A stretch of DNA of 64,000 bases, taken from contig OY843750.1 in NCBI GenBank assembly GCA_963693115.1, positions 374,951 through 438,950 on the forward strand. Reading direction: 5' to 3'. Below, piece by piece: positions 58,815 to 64,000 of this stretch; the stretch's first letter is position 1, and each line of letters opens with the position of its first letter. The translations under genes and the position numbers were made by a program. The DNA is from Spirochaetia bacterium (GTDB lineage: Bacteria; Spirochaetota; Spirochaetia; WTKD01; G963693115). Below the pieces are notes generated by a model. The model did no database searches and was not told where the DNA came from. It saw nothing but the letters and a program-made list of their open reading frames with translations.

Positions 58815-58835
58815 CGCTTCCTCCTCTCACGTGTT

Positions 58836-59255
58836 CTAAACCGATTGTGTACGTTGTTCCTTTGTACCACTAGAATGCTCATTAGCTTTTTTTATGGGAT
58901 TTTTCTGACTATGTTCTTGGGATTTTGCACCTCCGTTTGTATTAACAGAAGAATCTTTTTTTGCGCTTGCGTTTCCCTCCTTGTTTGTACCACCAGCATT
59001 GGCAGAGGCTTCTGCCCCAGCGGATGAACCTGAAGATGAATCAGCGGTCACATCAGAGGACGAAGATGATGGTGCCTTGTTGTCCGTCACAAAAAATCCT
59101 GAACCTTTAAACACAATACCAGCACCACGTGATATTAAACGTATAAGAGTATCCTTTTTACATTCTGGACAAACAGTAAAAGGATCTTGAGATATAGAAT
59201 GGAAAAACTCAAATGTTTTACTACAACGCTGGCACTCATAGTCATAAGTCGGCAT
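58836..59255 (-). CDS. FmdB family zinc-ribbon protein with Ser/Ala-rich tail
   Basis: MPTYDYECQRC...CPEC...GIVFKGSGFFVTD. Confidence 0.92.
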   Translation of the reverse strand: MPTYDYECQRCSKTFEFFHSISQDPFTVCPECKKDTLIRLISRGAGIVFKGSGFFVTDNKAPSSSSSDVTADSSSGSSAGAEASANAGGTNKEGNASAKKDSSVNTNGGAKSQEHSQKNPIKKANEHSSGTKEQRTQSV

Positions 59256-59435
59256 GTTATTGATTATACCATACAGTTATACACTCATATGATACCAAAA
59301 TGCACATTGGATAGCCAACAACATCCTAAGAATTTGTCAGCTATCCACATTGTATCTCCCTGTTGTGATATCGGTACTAATTGTAAAGCATTAGTCGTAA
59401 AACCTTGCCTGCCTTACATATGCATATGATCTTCA

Positions 59436-62400
59436 CTAGCCTCCCGTCGAAAATCCTTCTGGTATTGCTGGCACCGAAAGTTCAAGTGCTTCAATTTCTT
59501 CTGGCATAAGAAGCAAGGGCCACTTACCCGCTTCAAATTTCCACGTTCCTTTGGTGGTACCTTCCGTTAAACCTAACATGTTTGTTTTTGTTGCATTAGC
59601 AATGCCTCCTACCCCTGTTGATTCGACATCTGCGTCTGCTAATCCGGCCACACCGGTTGTGTCAAATCTACCTACGTGCGTTTCTGAATTATCAAAATAC
59701 GTGGCGAGGCTTGTCGCTGACGCTTCTTGTCCTAAAGCAGAACCAAAGTACACGTTTGTATTTTCTTTAGAAGTAGACACAAATCCCAGCGCATAGCCTT
59801 CGATACCTGATTTTTTTACAAACCCGGCGAGCCCACCAACAAAGTTACCTTTATCTACATAAACGTTTCCGCTTGCATTTCCCACTACATCGGCCAAGGC
59901 TAAATAGCCTATTGAGCCACCAACATAGGTTGCATTAGTTGCATATATATCACCACTCGCTGTTCCTACAATAGAACCACCATACACTGAACCTACGAGT
60001 CCACCAACTGATGAACTACTAGCACCAGTGCTATTAACAGGTCCTGTTGCTATCCCGTAAAGTGTACCACCACTCATTTCTCCAACTAGACCCCCCACAT
60101 AACTACTTGAACTTGTTACCACACTGCTAGAACTTCCTATTACCTCAGGGGCGACACCACCATCATCTACGTCGATATATCCTATGAGACCACCAGTATA
60201 AGCACCCCCTAAAATAGAACCACTTGAAGTGCCATACACATAATTCTCAGTCAAACCTACCAATCCACCGATTGCCATTTGAGCAGAAGAAATTGCTCCC
60301 TCGACGGTAGTCCCTCCCTCTATTCTTGCTTGGTTAAAGCCAATCACTCCCCCCACGTAAGACTCATTACTTTCTATTTTAATAAAGCGGCTCTCTACAT
60401 TTTCTGCTTTTCCTCCGTTGATAAATGCTCCTATTATCCCTCCTAGTAAACTTCCGGATGTATCACCAACGCTGGTAGAGATTATATATGGCATAGCAAT
60501 AGCGCCACTAGCCTCAATATGTGCTTCGGACATTTCCTTGTCCATCGGTGCCACTACAATAGTTGACACTATAGCCTGATCTGCCAAACCTGCGAGCCCT
60601 CCTATGATAGCTTTTGCATGTATCTTATCTATCCCTATTGCAAGATTATGCACCGAGGCATCTTTTCCTAGTACGGCAAAGAGTCCCGCATAGAGACGAT
60701 TTTCATCATCTATTGACAAGCCCACTATAGACCAACAGTTTCCATGGAGAGTACCCGTAAACGCTTCTGCATTATCTCCCTCTATAGGACTCCAGCTAGT
60801 GGCAGATATACCAATATCGTCAACAAGGTAATACGTAGCAGTCAGATCTTCTTTTATTGCTTGTAGACCTGCACTATCACTAATAGCAATCCCCTCTTGT
60901 GTTCCCTGATCAGTCAAACCCGTATCTATCAGACACTGTTCACGAAATGCGACAAGAGTATCAGGAATAAGATTTTTATCAGTGAACGAATCCGGTAGTT
61001 CGGGTATTACTATGGAGATATACTCATTCTCACTAAACAGCATGCGTGGCCATCCCCCACCAAACTCCCAAGTCAATATATCTGTGACATTAACAAGACC
61101 TGGCATTGTGGCGCTTGTTGCGTTTTCAGGACCATCGATTCCCTTAGAACTCGTATCTGCATTTTTGACTCCGATTCTTCCTTTTGGATCGACTTTTCCG
61201 ACATGGTCGCCCAGAGAGATATCGCAATACGTTGCGACTGTGATATTAGTTGCATTTAATCCTATAGCACATCCTAGCCCTGTTGCCTGATTCTCAGCAC
61301 CCAAAACAATCCATCCCAAGGAGTACCCTTGTATATCTCCAGAAATGAGGACCCCCACTAATCCACCCGCAAAATCTCCAAACTCTACATTCACAATAGC
61401 ATCAGTCATACCCGCAAGCACACCACCAGACATAGTACCCACTAATCCTCCTACATGAGAACCAGTTTCAGAACCCACTGGACCACTTGCATATCCATAT
61501 ATATTGCTTTCGTTAACCTTTCCCGCAATTCCTCCAACATGACCGCCTACAACTGCCATAACCGAACCTTGGATATTAGCGAGAATAGCGCTATCTTTTA
61601 CGTATCCCACTACTCCTCCTACCATGGATCCCATTGTACTTTCGGTATCTACTCCGTGTACCTTTGTTTCAATAGAAGGAACATTTATTGCCATACCGAG
61701 TACCGCTCCGACAAAAGCCCCTTCTTCTCCTGTAGTAGCATCAGAAAGCGATCCTTTTGCCACGACATCTGGAGCAGGATCGTCTGGAGCATACGTAGTT
61801 ACAAAAATATTCTCAAGGTTACTACCTTCAGCCCGTCCTGCAAGAGCACCTACCATAGACTGAGCACGTATAGTTTCAACAATAATACTCAAATGTTTAA
61901 CGGCACCTCCCGTACTTTTTATACTTCCAAAAAGTCCCTGAAAACTTGCGTCTGGCGCATCTATCGCCATTCCTGCTATTGTGTAACAGTTTCCGTACAA
62001 TGAACCCAGAAATGGTGCGGATTCATCGCCTATGGGATCCCAGCTAAACCCCGATATATCAATGTTATTGGCGAGATGAAATTCACCTGAGTTTGTCTCA
62101 CCTATCTTAATTAGATCTTCAACAGTTGAGACTGCAGTTCCCGACACATTGGGGTGTACTCCCTCTTTTTCTGCCCTTATTATGCATTCATCTTGCCATT
62201 CTTGTACGGGATCGCTTACGAGTAAGCGTCCTTGCCTCATGGCCTCGGGTTTCATAATTTCATCGTGGGCTTGTACACCAAAATCGCGTGCAAAAGTGAG
62301 TTTTGGCCATTCATTATCAGTAAAAACCCATTCTGCAGCAAAGGCTTCATTTTCTAGGCCTTGCATATTGTCTCGTATTGCCTGTCCTACTTCTGTTATA

Positions 62401-63650
62401 CCAACTGACGCCGTATCATCATCGATTAACCGAACGTCATCTGATGCGCTATCTGTTCCTATATGAACACCATCAGACATATCACAATAGCTATACTGCA
62501 TTGCTTGTTTAGACGCAAGTCCGACTGCACACCCAAAATAGCCACGCTTGTTTTCTTTATTGACCATGAGCCACATTCGTGAAATTCCACCAAGCGCTCC
62601 TCCATCTAAGTGGCCAATCAAGCCCCCCACATTCTTACTCATTTTCGCATTGAGCATGCCTGCTGCATAGCCTTCGGCAGTACCATCGATAACTTTTCCT
62701 GAAAGCCCGCCTACATTTTCTGCGGCAGAAGAATCTAACAGACCCGTGTAATATCCAACCAAGCTACCCTGCACCATATATCCGACAAGACCACCTATGT
62801 TTTTCCCGTTTTCAGACGCTACCGAATTACGGGCAAAGCCACGTATTGTTGCTTTACTATACCCTACAAGCCCACCAACGCTACTGCCTCCGGCGCTTTT
62901 AACGGAGAGACCAATATTATAGCCTTCTAGCTCTACTCCTTCATCTGCTATTCCTAGCACTCCTCCTATGTATGCACCTGCTTCGGGATCAAGTTCTGCA
63001 ACAACCGATTCTGAAACACCAAATATCTCAGAAGACGGATCGCTTTCTTTGCTAAACAAGCTGTTACTCGCACTCTCCTGCGGAACATACTCTGATACAA
63101 TAACGTTTCGTATGCTCGCTCCCTTTGCATACCCTGCAAGCCCTCCTGCTATTGATGAGGCCGTCAACTGAGATACCTCAATACCAATATTTTCTATCTC
63201 AGCATCATCGCCTATATATGCAAATAGCCCTTGATAGCGTTGATCCGACGCCTTGATCGTCAACCCTGCAATGGTATAGCAATCTCCTCGTAATATACCG
63301 GTAAAGGCTTCGCTCTGGCTTCCCAATGGTTCCCAGGATTCTGTAGAAATATCTATGTTTGCAGCAAGATAATACGAGCCTTCTAAGTTTTCGCGTATCG
63401 CTTTTAATTCGTTGATCGTTTTGATCGCTGTTCCTTGCTGTGTACTGTCGGAACGAATAGCAGGACTCGCCTCAATACATTCGTCCTGCCATGCTTTGAG
63501 TGCAGCCGAAGTATTTACTACTGGTATAACAGTATCCGTCACCTTCTTTTTACTACTCGTTACCGATGTTGCGACGCCACATGAATAAAGAGTAGAAACC
63601 AGAATGACTATATATGTAAAAATATATACTCTTTTATATGAATTGCTCAT
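59436..63650 (-). CDS. Large GLUG-motif surface lipoprotein with three repeated modules
   Basis: Lipobox TLYS-C; many GGLVG/GGLAG motifs; three 'YxLxxxIxIS..W.PI...F.G.L.GxC..I.G' caps; SD AGGAG. Confidence 0.85.
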   Translation of the reverse strand: MSNSYKRVYIFTYIVILVSTLYSCGVATSVTSSKKKVTDTVIPVVNTSAALKAWQDECIEASPAIRSDSTQQGTAIKTINELKAIRENLEGSYYLAANIDISTESWEPLGSQSEAFTGILRGDCYTIAGLTIKASDQRYQGLFAYIGDDAEIENIGIEVSQLTASSIAGGLAGYAKGASIRNVIVSEYVPQESASNSLFSKESDPSSEIFGVSESVVAELDPEAGAYIGGVLGIADEGVELEGYNIGLSVKSAGGSSVGGLVGYSKATIRGFARNSVASENGKNIGGLVGYMVQGSLVGYYTGLLDSSAAENVGGLSGKVIDGTAEGYAAGMLNAKMSKNVGGLIGHLDGGALGGISRMWLMVNKENKRGYFGCAVGLASKQAMQYSYCDMSDGVHIGTDSASDDVRLIDDDTASVGITEVGQAIRDNMQGLENEAFAAEWVFTDNEWPKLTFARDFGVQAHDEIMKPEAMRQGRLLVSDPVQEWQDECIIRAEKEGVHPNVSGTAVSTVEDLIKIGETNSGEFHLANNIDISGFSWDPIGDESAPFLGSLYGNCYTIAGMAIDAPDASFQGLFGSIKSTGGAVKHLSIIVETIRAQSMVGALAGRAEGSNLENIFVTTYAPDDPAPDVVAKGSLSDATTGEEGAFVGAVLGMAINVPSIETKVHGVDTESTMGSMVGGVVGYVKDSAILANIQGSVMAVVGGHVGGIAGKVNESNIYGYASGPVGSETGSHVGGLVGTMSGGVLAGMTDAIVNVEFGDFAGGLVGVLISGDIQGYSLGWIVLGAENQATGLGCAIGLNATNITVATYCDISLGDHVGKVDPKGRIGVKNADTSSKGIDGPENATSATMPGLVNVTDILTWEFGGGWPRMLFSENEYISIVIPELPDSFTDKNLIPDTLVAFREQCLIDTGLTDQGTQEGIAISDSAGLQAIKEDLTATYYLVDDIGISATSWSPIEGDNAEAFTGTLHGNCWSIVGLSIDDENRLYAGLFAVLGKDASVHNLAIGIDKIHAKAIIGGLAGLADQAIVSTIVVAPMDKEMSEAHIEASGAIAMPYIISTSVGDTSGSLLGGIIGAFINGGKAENVESRFIKIESNESYVGGVIGFNQARIEGGTTVEGAISSAQMAIGGLVGLTENYVYGTSSGSILGGAYTGGLIGYIDVDDGGVAPEVIGSSSSVVTSSSSYVGGLVGEMSGGTLYGIATGPVNSTGASSSSVGGLVGSVYGGSIVGTASGDIYATNATYVGGSIGYLALADVVGNASGNVYVDKGNFVGGLAGFVKKSGIEGYALGFVSTSKENTNVYFGSALGQEASATSLATYFDNSETHVGRFDTTGVAGLADADVESTGVGGIANATKTNMLGLTEGTTKGTWKFEAGKWPLLLMPEEIEALELSVPAIPEGFSTGG

Positions 63651-63845
63651 AGCATGCTCCTAAAATTGTTATTAATCTGTAGTAATAATGGATGATTTAG
63701 AATAATTTTCAAGAAAGAAGTATATAAAAATTGGTAGAAGTTAAAGAAAATCCTAGATAAAAAAAGAAAACAAGTCGGGTGCAAGGCAGTCGCTTTTGAA
63801 CGTGCGATATTTAGTGTTTAGTATTTAGTAATGTGGTGTTCTTAG

Positions 63846-64000
63846 CTATTCACTTATTGGGCGAACAGGAATTCCACTTTTTTGCATCGCTTCTTTTATC
63901 TGGGTAATGGTGTATTCACGAAAATGAACCATGCTTGCCACGAGTGCTGCATGGACTCCTCCCTTTATAAAGGCTTCTACTATATGTTCGGGTTTTCCTG
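63846..64000 (-). CDS. hisF: Imidazole glycerol phosphate synthase subunit HisF, 3' end only
   Basis: Manual translation GKPEHIVEAFIKGGVHAALVASMVHFREYTITQIKEAMQKSGIPVRPISE* (stop 63846-63848). Confidence 0.85.
   Translation of the reverse strand, partial: GKPEHIVEAFIKGGVHAALVASMVHFREYTITQIKEAMQKSGIPVRPISE

Overview
64-kb chromosomal segment of a flagellated spirochaete (inferred from murG-cvpA-holB-PAS kinase synteny as in Borrelia BB0767-BB0764, long archaeal-type PheS/PheT, rpoN-hprK-HPr, FliG, FlgM and spirochaetal lipoboxes). Most genes are on the minus strand and the plus strand is visibly C>G skewed. It is mainly housekeeping (murG, efp, ribA, thrS, pheST, aspS, uvrC, lspA, metX/metY, purU, thrH, hisF 3' end, biotin ECF transporter). 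Accessory elements: a Panacea/DUF4065 two-gene cassette with its own promoter and palindrome inserted between an RND pump and its TolC gene; three Cys-capped modular DUF285/BspA-like lipoproteins plus a relic, two of them tandem and sharing near-identical mosaic blocks; a 1404-aa triple-module GLUG lipoprotein; and a frameshifted heptad/hendecad repeat membrane coiled-coil gene. Window-wide patterns are probable ATC start codons (metX, murG), many apparently leaderless genes, and abundant short tandem duplications and low-complexity inserts in core enzymes. No tRNA, rRNA, CRISPR array, transposase, integrase or reverse transcriptase was recognised.
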